A DNA stretch of 16,325 bases from Candidatus Zixiibacteriota bacterium (GCA_036170655.1 JAVHPP010000047.1:1-16325), one strand, 5' to 3'. Shown: positions 1-10,487, numbered from the stretch's first letter. Numbers and translations are program-made. Notes: a model not told the origin generated them from the letters alone.

Positions 1-1318
1 CGAAATAGACATCCAAGTCACCCAGCCGTATCAGCGCGGCGGTGCGCTTCGGGGTCCGATCGCCCTGTGCGGCAACATGCTGAAAGTAAACGCGGGCGGA
101 ATCCATCCGCTGGGTCTCGAGGCGGTAGATTTCACCGATCTCGAATTCGACATGGCTGCGCTCGGGGCCATCCGGCATCTGGAACGCCAGTTGTTTGAGC
201 ATGCCCACCGCGACATCGGCATGCCCAAGACCCAACTCGGCACGCGCCAGTACGAAGTTGACATCGATGGCTTTTGGATGCTTGGGATACACTTTGAGAA
301 AGCTCATCGCCTCGGCGCGGGCCGTGGCGTAGTGCTGTGTCTCCAGGGATCGCATGATGCCGTAGAGCTGATGCTCGCCCGGCTGGGACGCGAAATGATC
401 GGCCCGCCGGTACTCGGCGAACGCCGTATCCACCAGACCAGACTCGAACAGCAGATCACCGTACAGGCGATGGGCGTACTCATCATTGGGAGATTCTTTG
501 ACGATGCGTTTCAACGCTGCGGTAATCTCGCCCGCAGCCTCCGGGAGCTTGATGAGATTCGTGATGCGATGCTGAACGGCGGATCGGGCATCAGGACGCG
601 ATCGCAGCCAGCGAAAATACTCGTCGATAGCGGTTGCATACTCGCGGCGCGCTTCGAAGATCTGCGCCAGGTTCTCGGCAAAGAGGACCGAGTCGCCCAG
701 GATCTTCCGGGCGTCGCGATAGGTCTCGATGCCCTCACGGTACTTACCGGCCCTTGCATACGTTTCCGCGGCGACCCGATAGCGGTCGGCATCTTTCGGA
801 TCGGAAGCGATCAGTTGCCCGACCGTTGCCATGGCGGAATCATTCTGGTCGAGCTTCCACCACGTGTCGGCCAGATCAGCGAGATAAGCCGCTTCTTTCG
901 GATGACTGCCCAACTGCGTCCTGAGCACTTCAAGCACACCGCTGTAATCCTTCAGCCCTCTGTAGGCCTGCTTGAGCGACGTCGCGGTCATCTCATCGCC
1001 GGGGTCTTTCTTCCACATGGGAAGAAGGAGGGCCAAGGCTTCGTCGTAATGACCCTCCATCATCATGCGATCGGCTTTGGCCAGGTCGGGCCGGACCAGC
1101 CGGAGTCCTCCCTGCAATTGACGGAGGACCTCATCGAGCCTCTGCCCATCAAGGGGAGCAACCGGAGGCTGGATTACATGGACCGTATCATCGCCCGTCT
1201 GAGGGACGGGCTTGGACCTTGTTTTCGTTTGCGATAGAGCCGATGGAGATGACGTCAAAAAAGCCACAGCCAGCGCAGTGACGAGCAGGAGGAGAAACTT
1301 GGTCGGAGTTAACTTCAT
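1..1318 (-). CDS. Secreted tetratricopeptide-repeat (TPR) protein, 3' end runs off the window
   Basis: Manual translation from ATG at 1318 gives MKLTPTKFLLLLVTALAVAFLTSSPSALSQ (signal peptide), then TPR-like helices (MMEGHYDEALALL, YARAGKYREGIETYRDA, AHRLYGDLLFESGLVDTAFAEYRRA, FLKVYPKHPKAIDVNFVLARAEL). The frame is open to position 1. It is absent from the ORF track because there is no stop in the window. Confidence 0.9.
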   Translation of the reverse strand, partial: MKLTPTKFLLLLVTALAVAFLTSSPSALSQTKTRSKPVPQTGDDTVHVIQPPVAPLDGQRLDEVLRQLQGGLRLVRPDLAKADRMMMEGHYDEALALLLPMWKKDPGDEMTATSLKQAYRGLKDYSGVLEVLRTQLGSHPKEAAYLADLADTWWKLDQNDSAMATVGQLIASDPKDADRYRVAAETYARAGKYREGIETYRDARKILGDSVLFAENLAQIFEARREYATAIDEYFRWLRSRPDARSAVQHRITNLIKLPEAAGEITAALKRIVKESPNDEYAHRLYGDLLFESGLVDTAFAEYRRADHFASQPGEHQLYGIMRSLETQHYATARAEAMSFLKVYPKHPKAIDVNFVLARAELGLGHADVAVGMLKQLAFQMPDGPERSHVEFEIGEIYRLETQRMDSARVYFQHVAAQGDRTPKRTAALIRLGDLDVYF

Positions 1319-1381
1319 GGTGGTGAGGGGTTGTAACCGCCTTACCGGCGCAGAGTTCCCGCGCGAATGAACCATCCCACA

Positions 1382-1410
1382 TATATACGCACCGATTCGA
1401 TTTCATCCAA
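1382..1410 (-). promoter_or_regulatory. Putative sigma70-type promoter for the TPR gene
   Basis: Minus strand reads TTGGAT-N17-TATATA, about 65 nt upstream of the ATG at 1318. Confidence 0.4.
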
Positions 1411-1477
1411 GAGCGGACTGGCCTGTATAAGTTGTCACTTGATGACGGCCGATCCTCATATCTCCAAGGCGTTTGCA

Positions 1478-3073
<1,596 letters not shown>

Positions 3074-3097
3074 TGGATCCCGCCTGAGCCAAGTGGC

Positions 3098-4072
3098 ATG
3101 TCTACTCCCCGCATGTTCATCACCGGCATTGCCGGCTTTGCCGGCTTCCATTTGGCGGAACTGTGTCAATGGTGCGGCGATGACGTCACTGGTACATATC
3201 TCCCGAGGACTTCGCTGGGCAGTCTGCCTGTGATCTGCCCCTTCGTCGAGACAATAGCTGTCGATCTCCTGAACGCACGCGCGCTGGCCCGGGAGCTGCG
3301 TCGTTCCCGCCCGACATGGATCATCCATTTGGCAGCATCCACCTCTGTGGGCGAGTCGTTTCAGACTCCTGCCGAGACGATCCGGAATAATGTGATCAGT
3401 ACGCTGAATTTGCTCGAGGCCGTGCGCGCAGACCGGCTTCTCGCACGGACCGTCGAGAAGATCGTCGTTGTGGCTTCAAGCGAGGTCTACGGACATGTTC
3501 GTCCGGGGATGATCCCTGTCAACGAGGACACGCCGCTGCGGCCGGTCAATCCCTACGGCGCATCAAAGGCGGCAGCCGACCTGATCGCCGCATCTTTTTA
3601 TGAATCGTTTGGTTTGCCAGTTGTCAGAGTACGGGCCTCGAATCATACAGGACCACGACAGCGAACGGGATTTGTCGTGCCAGACTTCTGCGCCGCTATC
3701 GCAAAGCTGGAGAAAAAGAACGGGCTGCGGATCATGAAGGTGGGGAACCTCTCGGCGCGACGGGACTTTTCTGATGTGAGAGACATCGTGCGCGGATACC
3801 GACTGCTTGCCGAAAAGGGGCAACCGGGAACGGTGTACCACTTGGGATCGGGACGGGCGCGTTCGATTCGGTCTGTCCTAGATGCGCTGCTGGCCATGGC
3901 GGAGAAACCGATCCAGGTGGTTGTCGATCCCCAAAAACTTCGGCCTGTGGAAGTCCCCATTCTCCGTGCTGATATCACCCGCGCAAACCGGGAAGTGGGA
4001 TACAAATCGGCCATCCCGTGGAATCAGACACTGAGTGACACGTTGGCGTACTACCGCCAGAACCGGGCCTGA
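3098..4072 (+). CDS. rmd: Extended SDR: GDP-4-dehydro-6-deoxy-D-mannose reductase (Rmd-like) or Gmd paralogue
   Basis: FITGIAGFAG Rossmann motif, ASSEVYG, PYGASK (YxxxK), NHTGPRQ and VGNLSARRDFSDVRD; co-operonic with gmd. Confidence 0.75.
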   Translation: MSTPRMFITGIAGFAGFHLAELCQWCGDDVTGTYLPRTSLGSLPVICPFVETIAVDLLNARALARELRRSRPTWIIHLAASTSVGESFQTPAETIRNNVISTLNLLEAVRADRLLARTVEKIVVVASSEVYGHVRPGMIPVNEDTPLRPVNPYGASKAAADLIAASFYESFGLPVVRVRASNHTGPRQRTGFVVPDFCAAIAKLEKKNGLRIMKVGNLSARRDFSDVRDIVRGYRLLAEKGQPGTVYHLGSGRARSIRSVLDALLAMAEKPIQVVVDPQKLRPVEVPILRADITRANREVGYKSAIPWNQTLSDTLAYYRQNRA

Positions 4073-4115
4073 TACAGGCCGGGGGGCGCATAGTCGCCCC
4101 AAAAGAAGGGTACCG

Positions 4116-5444
4116 ATGCACGCAGCAGGGACACAGATTCAATCCAGACTTGAAGCGAAACTCCAAGAGCGAACCGCGAAGGTGGTGATCATCGGACTGG
4201 GATACGTCGGCTTGCCTTTAGCTGTTGAGGTCGCCCTCGCGGGGCTTACGGTGACAGGATTTGAGATATCAGCGCCGAAAGTGAAACTGGTCAGCGCGGG
4301 GCATTCTGATATCGGTGACATCTCTGATGACACATTGGCGCCGCTGGTGAAGAGCGGACGGCTCTCCGCGTCCCTGGACCCGTCTGTCCTGGCAGACGCG
4401 GATTGTGTGGCGATCTGTGTTCCCACACCTCTGTCGAAGACGAAAGACCCGGATGTGTCGTTTATCCTGCACGCGGTCGATCGTGTCGCCGAACACCTCC
4501 ATAAGGACATGCTGATCGTCCTCGAGTCCACCACCTATCCCGGCACAACGGAGGAGCTGATTCGTCCCAAACTCGAGGCATCGGGATTGAAGGTCGGCGT
4601 AGACTTCTACCTCGCCTTCTCCCCCGAGCGGGTCGATCCCGGCAATCCGAAGTGGGGCACGAAAAACACACCGCGCATTATTGGCGGGACAACACCGGCC
4701 TGCACACGAGTGGCTGCCGCATTCTATAAGATATTTTTAGACCGTGTGGTTCCGGTTTCATCGACTCAGGCCGCGGAGATGATCAAGCTTCTGGAGAACA
4801 CTTTCCGTTCGGTGAACATCGGGCTGGTCAACGAAATGGCTTTGATGTGCGACCGTCTCAATCTCGATGTCTGGGAGATCATCGAAGCGGCCGCAACCAA
4901 ACCGTTTGGTTTCATGCCCTTCTACCCCGGTCCCGGACTGGGCGGGCACTGCATCCCGATCGATCCGCACTACCTGTCGTGGAAGCTCAAGTCTCTGAAT
5001 TACTACGCCCGTTTCATCGAACTCGCCGGCGACATCAATTCGCACATGCCGGAGTACGTTGTCGACCGGATCGCGCGCGCCCTAAACGAAGAGTCCAAGT
5101 CGATCCGGGGTGCCAATATCCTTGTGCTCGGAGTTGCCTACAAGCGCGACATCTCCGATGTGCGTGAGTCACCTTCACTCGATGTGATCCGTCTCTTGCA
5201 GGTGCGCGGCGCAGCCGTCACCTATGCCGATCCCCACGTCGCTTCGGTGCGCATGGACGACACGGTCATGCGCGCAACGCGTCTGACCGACACCGCCCTC
5301 AAGGCCGCTGATTGTGTCGTGATTCTCACTGATCATTCAGCCTTCGATTACCAGCACATCTGCACCACCGCTCCCATGGTGATGGATTGCCGCAACGCGA
5401 CGAAAAACCTGCCGAAGGGTGTGGGGCGGGTGTGGAAGTTGTAG
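4116..5444 (+). CDS. Nucleotide-sugar dehydrogenase, UDP-N-acetylhexosamine 6-dehydrogenase type (WbpA/WecC/TviB family)
   Basis: IIGLGYVGLPLA, ICVPTP, LESTTYPGTTEE, FSPERVDPGN, catalytic GPGLGGHCIPIDP, and AYKRDISDVRESP. Start set at the ATG at 4116 after GAAGGG. Confidence 0.93.
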   Translation: MHAAGTQIQSRLEAKLQERTAKVVIIGLGYVGLPLAVEVALAGLTVTGFEISAPKVKLVSAGHSDIGDISDDTLAPLVKSGRLSASLDPSVLADADCVAICVPTPLSKTKDPDVSFILHAVDRVAEHLHKDMLIVLESTTYPGTTEELIRPKLEASGLKVGVDFYLAFSPERVDPGNPKWGTKNTPRIIGGTTPACTRVAAAFYKIFLDRVVPVSSTQAAEMIKLLENTFRSVNIGLVNEMALMCDRLNLDVWEIIEAAATKPFGFMPFYPGPGLGGHCIPIDPHYLSWKLKSLNYYARFIELAGDINSHMPEYVVDRIARALNEESKSIRGANILVLGVAYKRDISDVRESPSLDVIRLLQVRGAAVTYADPHVASVRMDDTVMRATRLTDTALKAADCVVILTDHSAFDYQHICTTAPMVMDCRNATKNLPKGVGRVWKL

Positions 5445-5473
5445 GGGGGCCGGGCTGCCTGACATAGTCGTAG

Positions 5474-5553
5474 CTGGGCGCCCCACCCGAAGGGTGAGAA
5501 TGGCCGTTCGTTCTGCACCGACACGAATTCGCTGAGAGATGTGGGGCACCTGG
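5474..5553. repeat. Degenerate REP/REPIN-like palindromic element (GGYGCCCCAC...GTGGGGCACC family), copy 1
   Basis: Terminal inverted repeats CTGGGCGCCCCAC / GTGGGGCACCTGG. The internal CACCCGAAGGGTGAGAATG matches the reverse complement of the 3' arm of the 8299-8398 element. It lies in a convergent intergenic gap. Confidence 0.6.
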
Positions 5554-5732
5554 CTGGACCTGTGCAGCCGTCTAGAACGCCCGAAAAACCTGAGATCGAT
5601 CACATTCGCGGAGCCTTGACCTGCGATCTGGTGGGCGGGTAGCTGTGCAGCAGCATGTACCCGGCTTGCAGCTAAGACCCGCAACGATCGGCCCACAGCG
5701 CCTTCGGAAATTCATCGGGCTCGTTTCCATGC

Positions 5733-7865
5733 CTACCGCTCGTTGCTGAAATAGACGGTAACATAGCTCTCCAAAGCGTGCGATGAATCGGGAATGCAGT
5801 CGTAGCTGGTCATGTCTTCCCTCCGGTTCGAGTCGGTGTCACTGCTGGTGTACTGTGAGATGTGGCTGCAGGCGTCCTCTCCGGAGATCGAACATTCCAT
5901 CTGGATGAGAGAATCCACAGAGTCGTAACGTACCATGTTGATGTTATTGACTGACAAGCTGGTCGTTGCGGACCAACCGTCGCCGCTGCTGGACTCCGTG
6001 AGTACCAGTGTGAGCACCTCTCCTGATTGTGGATCGACCGTGGCGGTCAGCTGAGCGACTCTATGAGTTAGGAAATCGATCATATCCAGCGACCCTGTGA
6101 ACTGATTCCCGGAGAAGCTTCCGGCCACCATCGCATTCGTGCCCCCGGATGTCTTGTACCCCCCGAAGGGGTTATCGAAATAGGCGTTAGTGACCACCAC
6201 CGAGATTCCGCAGCGTCGCAGCGGCGCGAGATCGACCCTGCGGGCAACGCGCAGATCGCCGAGATCAACCGTCACATTGGTCGGCTTCGACCACGCAATC
6301 GTGATCGGCACATCGATCGAATCCTGTCCGTTCCAGACGCGAATGTTGCTCGTGCCAGGGAAGACCTCGCCAACGATGGTGAAGCGCCCGTCACTTCCGC
6401 TGGGGACCGAGGAACTCCCGCCCCGATAGACACGGTCGCCGACCAAACTCACCGATGAGACAGTTGCTCCGGGGAGAGGTTGGCCCTCTGGTGTGATCAG
6501 GCGGCCCTTGACAGAATACCGCCAGCCGCTCCGCTGGAAGATTGCCGGGAGTTTGTCAGCTTGAGATCCGGCCGCCGTCGCAATTCTCTCCCGCAACGCC
6601 TCGATGCCGGTCGCCCCTCCGGCGATAATGTCATACACCTGCGCGTCGGAGAGTCCGATGACCGGGACGTCCGTCGACTGCCCTCCAATGAGACTTCGCA
6701 CAGTCGGGGTCGTCCGCTTCAGACTCGCCAGGAGCACGGCGGCGAATCCTTCAATGCCGGGATAATCGGACGTGAGCGGACTCATGCCGCCGAAGATCAC
6801 ATGGGGGTCTTGCAGATCGTACGATTTCACAGTCCCGACCGTGAGCCATTCGCTGAAATAGGCGTAATCCTCCAAGAGCATATTCCGGCCGACATCATCC
6901 CGGATTCCGTGGCCGGTGTCCCAGAGCGGCGCCTGGCCTTCAAGTGTCGACCAGACGTCGTCGCCAACCAAGACATGCGTGATGTAATGTCCGGTCTCGT
7001 GCGCCACGTTGCCCGCGTTCGCGTTCAGCCTCAAGTGGATTGTCGGGTGTATGATCCGCCCCATCGATCCCAGGCTGCGCCACCAGAATCCGGTGTAGAA
7101 GAATCCGTCATATGCGTAATAGGCCCGCAAGCGTCCCTGCACCTCGGCCCGCGCCGCGGTCTGTCGCGTGGGGGAGAGCCGATCGAGAACCCCATCCACA
7201 AACGTTTGCGACTGAAGTTCCAGGCCGATCATGTGGGTGGCCTCGTCGCTCCCGGCCGGAATGGAGGATATCCAATACTGGCTGAACCCATTGATCGAAT
7301 CCGCGGGCGCCCCGGCGGATTGACTCGATCCCGCAGTTGGCGTGAATGGAAGTGTCAGTTGGAATGCGAGTCCCGATTCCAGTGAGTCGACAATCGGCAT
7401 GGCGACCCATCGGGTGCCAGGGCCGGGGATATCGTCATAGGCTCCGGGAGCGGTGCCATAGCCCATTACCATGACGATGTCGCTTCCACCCGGATCAACG
7501 ACGACTGCCACCGGGACATCATGGTCGAAGGAGACGCTGAAGCCGCTTCCTGCGTAGGGCGCAGCCGGCCCCGAAATGATCGGGGCAATCTGCAGCGTTC
7601 CGTGTCCGCCTTCGGGGAACAGGAACTGCTGTCCAGTAACACTATCGGCGATTGTGGCTCGCCCCGGCGAATCCACTGTGTAGGTCGTGGCCTGGCCCAG
7701 CTTCCAGTCCGATCCGCCGGGTGAGGTCGGTTTCTTATCCTTTCCGCAGCCGGCGATGATAACGGAGAATAGAATGCCGATGGTCAGCAGATAATGAATC
7801 TTCGTGCTGCGGATACCCGCCGTTTCCACTAATCCACAAGAGAGCCATACATCCTTTGATGGCAT
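5733..7865 (-). CDS. Large lipoprotein with an HExxH zinc-metallopeptidase-like domain and a carboxypeptidase-regulatory-like (transthyretin-fold) domain
   Basis: Lipobox VIIAG-C; NVAHETGHYITH with downstream LLEDYAYF as a possible third ligand; SVKGRLITPEGQPLPGATVS...SDGRFTI beta domain. Start is uncertain (ATG 7865 or GTG 7829); the 7979 start in the track looks too long. Confidence 0.8.
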   Translation of the reverse strand: MPSKDVWLSCGLVETAGIRSTKIHYLLTIGILFSVIIAGCGKDKKPTSPGGSDWKLGQATTYTVDSPGRATIADSVTGQQFLFPEGGHGTLQIAPIISGPAAPYAGSGFSVSFDHDVPVAVVVDPGGSDIVMVMGYGTAPGAYDDIPGPGTRWVAMPIVDSLESGLAFQLTLPFTPTAGSSQSAGAPADSINGFSQYWISSIPAGSDEATHMIGLELQSQTFVDGVLDRLSPTRQTAARAEVQGRLRAYYAYDGFFYTGFWWRSLGSMGRIIHPTIHLRLNANAGNVAHETGHYITHVLVGDDVWSTLEGQAPLWDTGHGIRDDVGRNMLLEDYAYFSEWLTVGTVKSYDLQDPHVIFGGMSPLTSDYPGIEGFAAVLLASLKRTTPTVRSLIGGQSTDVPVIGLSDAQVYDIIAGGATGIEALRERIATAAGSQADKLPAIFQRSGWRYSVKGRLITPEGQPLPGATVSSVSLVGDRVYRGGSSSVPSGSDGRFTIVGEVFPGTSNIRVWNGQDSIDVPITIAWSKPTNVTVDLGDLRVARRVDLAPLRRCGISVVVTNAYFDNPFGGYKTSGGTNAMVAGSFSGNQFTGSLDMIDFLTHRVAQLTATVDPQSGEVLTLVLTESSSGDGWSATTSLSVNNINMVRYDSVDSLIQMECSISGEDACSHISQYTSSDTDSNRREDMTSYDCIPDSSHALESYVTVYFSNER

Positions 7866-7994
7866 TTTCACGCGGCAGCCCTTTCCCAGGTGCGCTCCGA
7901 CCTGCCAGCCTGCAAGTCTCGCTGCCAGTGTCCGGGTTAGTGTTCGATGTCCGACGATTCGGACACATTCGGATTCCAATCATAAGACGCGCGC

Positions 7995-8022
7995 AATATA
8001 CCACTGACGGCCGGAAAATCAA
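7995..8022 (-). promoter_or_regulatory. Putative sigma70-type promoter with extended -10
   Basis: Minus strand reads TTGATT-N16-TATATT with TGn preceding the -10, upstream of the large lipoprotein gene. Confidence 0.45.
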
Positions 8023-8040
8023 GTGCATTCCGAATGTTCT

Positions 8041-8107
8041 TGTAGCAAGGGCCTTGTGCCCGCGTTGGTGGACACACGGTGCAATGCCCACGAGGGGCTA
8101 TGTTACA
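8041..8107. repeat. GTAG-type REP-like inverted pair
   Basis: Left arm is TGTAGCAA-GGGCCTTGTGCCC. Right arm reverse-complemented is TGTAACATA-GCCCCTCGTGGGC. Each is a TGTA(G) head followed by a short palindrome. Confidence 0.4.
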
Positions 8108-8150
8108 GAGAATCGCAGTCGCGGCTGCGGGACAATCCGGCGGAAAAAGC

Positions 8151-8185
8151 AGACCCCTCGCTCCCTTCGGTCGTTCAGGGTGACT
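8151..8185. repeat. REP-like element resembling the widespread GTCATCCTGAGCGAAGCGAAGGATCT-type intergenic repeat
   Basis: Minus strand reads GTCACCCTGAACGACCGAAGGGAGCGAGGGGTCT. It is a single copy in this window and recognised by resemblance only. Confidence 0.4.
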
Positions 8186-8298
8186 GTGCGGCTGCTCGTG
8201 TGCGCACCATACGGAGTCGTAGAGTCGACACCTCAAATCACCTCATGTCAAGATAGCGACTATAGTACGCCGCATTGATTGCGGCCCTCGACCGGGGT

Positions 8299-8398
8299 GT
8301 CTGGTGCCCCACGGCTTGCCGTGGGATGCAACATATGGCGTGTCACGTCGCTTTGTCACTCTGCACCTCGACATTCCCACCCTTCGGGTGTGGCACCA
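8299..8398. repeat. REPIN-like double-hairpin element, copy 2
   Basis: GTCTGGTGCCCCACGGCTTGCCGTGGGAT, a spacer, then ATTCCCACCCTTCGGGTGTGGCACCA. These are two inverted hairpin units, and the element is a direct repeat of 8932-9032. Confidence 0.85.
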
Positions 8399-8419
8399 TG
8401 CCACCAAAGACAACCGGAA

Positions 8420-8920
8420 TCAGTGCCACCCAAGCGTCAACTCCTTCCTCGTCCGAAATTGCAGGTGGTAGACAACCATTGGCAGTGATTTCTCTCCAGT
8501 TGACCGGTCCTCAATCGAGTAGTATACCCTGCAGACGATCTCGCGAGGGAGTCGGTCCCTGCAATGGCAGGGCGCTTGATATATCACTCTGAAAGGAGGG
8601 CGCTCCGAGCTGCCAAGTAATCTAGAGAAGGGCCATGGGGAACACTTTACCAGTGTAGTTTTGAGTGATTGCCTGCCCCCATCGAGCAATACAGCTGAGT
8701 CCGGCCTCAACGCAGCTGGGGATAAGCCCCCGACGGGAGTAACAGCTACCGTGAGGATATAGAAGGTGGTGTCATCGCGGGCAGTTACATCAATTCCAGG
8801 ACAGGTTTCCCAACCTGGAATTGTCGTGTCCCGTTTCTCCGGGGTCATTTCATAGAACCGCAACGTCATGCATCCCAGAATGAGACAGCAGAACAGCAGG
8901 ATCAGACTCGCATGGAGCAA
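8420..8920 (-). CDS. Hypothetical lipoprotein (orphan, about 166 aa)
   Basis: TTG start at 8920 after a GGGGAG RBS gives MLHASLILLFCCLILG-C (lipobox). The longer ORF to 9121 runs through the repeat and yqeB and is unlikely. Spot GC counts are about 47-55%, versus about 70% in a sampled yqeB line. Confidence 0.65.
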   Translation of the reverse strand: MLHASLILLFCCLILGCMTLRFYEMTPEKRDTTIPGWETCPGIDVTARDDTTFYILTVAVTPVGGLSPAALRPDSAVLLDGGRQSLKTTLVKCSPWPFSRLLGSSERPPFRVIYQAPCHCRDRLPREIVCRVYYSIEDRSTGEKSLPMVVYHLQFRTRKELTLGWH

Positions 8921-8931
8921 CGTTGCTCCCC

Positions 8932-9032
8932 GTCTGGTGCCCCACGGCTTGCCGTGGGATAGTTGGTATGGCTTGTCAGATCGGTTTGTCACTCTGCACC
9001 TCGACATTTCCACCGCAAGCGATGGAGCACCA
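8932..9032. repeat. REPIN-like double-hairpin element, copy 3
   Basis: The first 29 nt are identical to 8299-8327, and TTTGTCACTCTGCACCTCGACATT is shared. The second hairpin has diverged (CCACCGCAAGCGATGGAGCACCA). Confidence 0.85.
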
Positions 9033-9051
9033 AGACCCAATCCACACCACC

Positions 9052-9876
9052 TCAGGCCGCCAGCACCGCCTCCAGCACACCACCCGCAATTGCCAGCGCC
9101 TTGTCGGAGATGCGCCGGCAAAGCTCGCGATCTGCGCGAGGATCGATGTCGCCGATCTTGACACCTGCATCAACCGTTGTCCCCTGCCGCAGCATGCCCC
9201 GAACGATCCCATTCAATTGTGAACGGATCTCGACTCCCCTCACGCGCGCCACGAGATCGCCTGCTCTTACGATATCGCCGATGGCACACACAGGGTCTAC
9301 CGGGCCTGCCACCGGGGCACGCAGCACGCGTTTGACAGTTTCCCCGGCGAGGACACCCGGAACGCCGGTGTTCGCCTCGGCGGCTCCATGCCATACACAC
9401 CGGCCCAGGTTGGGGCCACGATTTGTCTCGATCACGCAATCGATGTCCGCTCCGGCAGTGAATCCTGGCCCCAGACCGATCACCAGCCGGGCCTTCCCGC
9501 GCTGCGTTCCGGTGTTTCGCTTCGCCAGTATCGCGTCAACGACGACGTGTGGGTTCAGAGCCTGAACATCATCGGGACTGGGGCAAATCAGAACAGGGAT
9601 TTCCCCTGTCTGGCAAAGTTCTTGAATCAGACCGGACTGGGACATGCTGACCCGCCGCGCCGTGATCCCCTCGACCGTCTGGGAGCCTTCGTAGATCGCC
9701 TCCGAAAACGCCACCCAGCGCCGGACAGCAGCAGGCTGGTCCGTCTCCGCGATGATGACGTTAAAGCCGCATCGCCGCAGCCGCCAGGCGACACCGGAAC
9801 CCATCTCCCCGCCCCCACGGATGACAATCCGGCGGGTGGTTGAGCGGTTGTCCGGCATGTCGAGTTGAGAGATCAC
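9052..9876 (-). CDS. yqeB: Selenium-dependent molybdenum hydroxylase system protein, YqeB/EF2563 family
   Basis: IVIRGGGEMGSGVAWRL, VRRWVAFSEA, VVDAILAKRN, IGLGPGFTAG, IETNRG, KIGDIDPR and ISDKALAIAGGVLEA. The GTG start overlaps the upstream stop (alternative ATG at 9858). Confidence 0.92.
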   Translation of the reverse strand: MISQLDMPDNRSTTRRIVIRGGGEMGSGVAWRLRRCGFNVIIAETDQPAAVRRWVAFSEAIYEGSQTVEGITARRVSMSQSGLIQELCQTGEIPVLICPSPDDVQALNPHVVVDAILAKRNTGTQRGKARLVIGLGPGFTAGADIDCVIETNRGPNLGRCVWHGAAEANTGVPGVLAGETVKRVLRAPVAGPVDPVCAIGDIVRAGDLVARVRGVEIRSQLNGIVRGMLRQGTTVDAGVKIGDIDPRADRELCRRISDKALAIAGGVLEAVLAA

Positions 9877-10487
9877 GCGTGGCTGGAAACCGCATGGACG
9901 GCTTCGAGCCGGTCCCGGATCGATTCCCAGTCTTCATGGGTATCGACGTCGATCAGCACTTCATCCGACCTGACCTTGACCTCGCGAATATCTTTCGGGC
10001 AGGCCTCAAGAATGGCCTTGGCCCCGGCGTCACCGCGCAAGGCCAGAAGCGCATCCAGGTACGTCATGTTGAAAACGACCGGGTGTCCGCGCTTCTTTTC
10101 GTAGACGGGTACGACGATGCCCTTTTTGTTCTTCTCGAATTCATCCGCCAACAGATTGATCGTTTCTGGAGTGACCAGAGGCATGTCACCCAGCGCGATC
10201 ATGACTCCGTTGCAGCGTGCAGGCACATGCGCCAGACCGCGCTGAATGGAAGACGCGAGCCCCAAGCTGGGCTGAGGGTTGATGACGATCTTCAGTCCCC
10301 CCAGCGGAATTTTCTGAATGACGCGCCGTGCTTCGAACCCGAGCACAACAATCAACGAGTCGAGCGAGGCGGCTCGGAAATGTCCCACCACGAGCTCCAG
10401 CAGTGTGGCGCTCTCATAGACAAGCAGCGGCTTGCATCCGCCAAGGCGTTTACCCTGGCCACCCGCCAAAATCAGACCCGCTATCAT
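9873..10487 (-). CDS. mocA: Molybdenum cofactor cytidylyltransferase (MocA/YgfJ-like nucleotidyltransferase)
   Basis: GLILAGGQGKRLGGCKPLL, GLASSIQRGL, IALGDMP, KRGHPVVF, GDAGAK and DVDTHED. Start at the ATG at 10487 after GGGGGAAG. Confidence 0.88.
   Translation of the reverse strand: MIAGLILAGGQGKRLGGCKPLLVYESATLLELVVGHFRAASLDSLIVVLGFEARRVIQKIPLGGLKIVINPQPSLGLASSIQRGLAHVPARCNGVMIALGDMPLVTPETINLLADEFEKNKKGIVVPVYEKKRGHPVVFNMTYLDALLALRGDAGAKAILEACPKDIREVKVRSDEVLIDVDTHEDWESIRDRLEAVHAVSSHA

Noticed and set aside
77..1237. 386-aa plus-strand ORF
   Set aside because: It is the antisense shadow of the minus-strand TPR gene, which has a signal peptide and recognisable repeats.
6480..7385. 301-aa plus-strand ORF and the other antisense ORFs over yqeB, mocA and xdhC
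   Set aside because: These are shadow ORFs typical of GC-rich coding DNA, opposite well-supported genes.
7856..8592. Short ORFs in the gap between the two lipoprotein genes
   Set aside because: They run through palindromic repeats, lack RBSs and have no protein-like features.
8299..9032. Repeats as a CRISPR array or integron attC sites
   Set aside because: Only two direct copies about 630 bp apart, no regular spacers, no attC core sites, and no cas or intI gene in the window.
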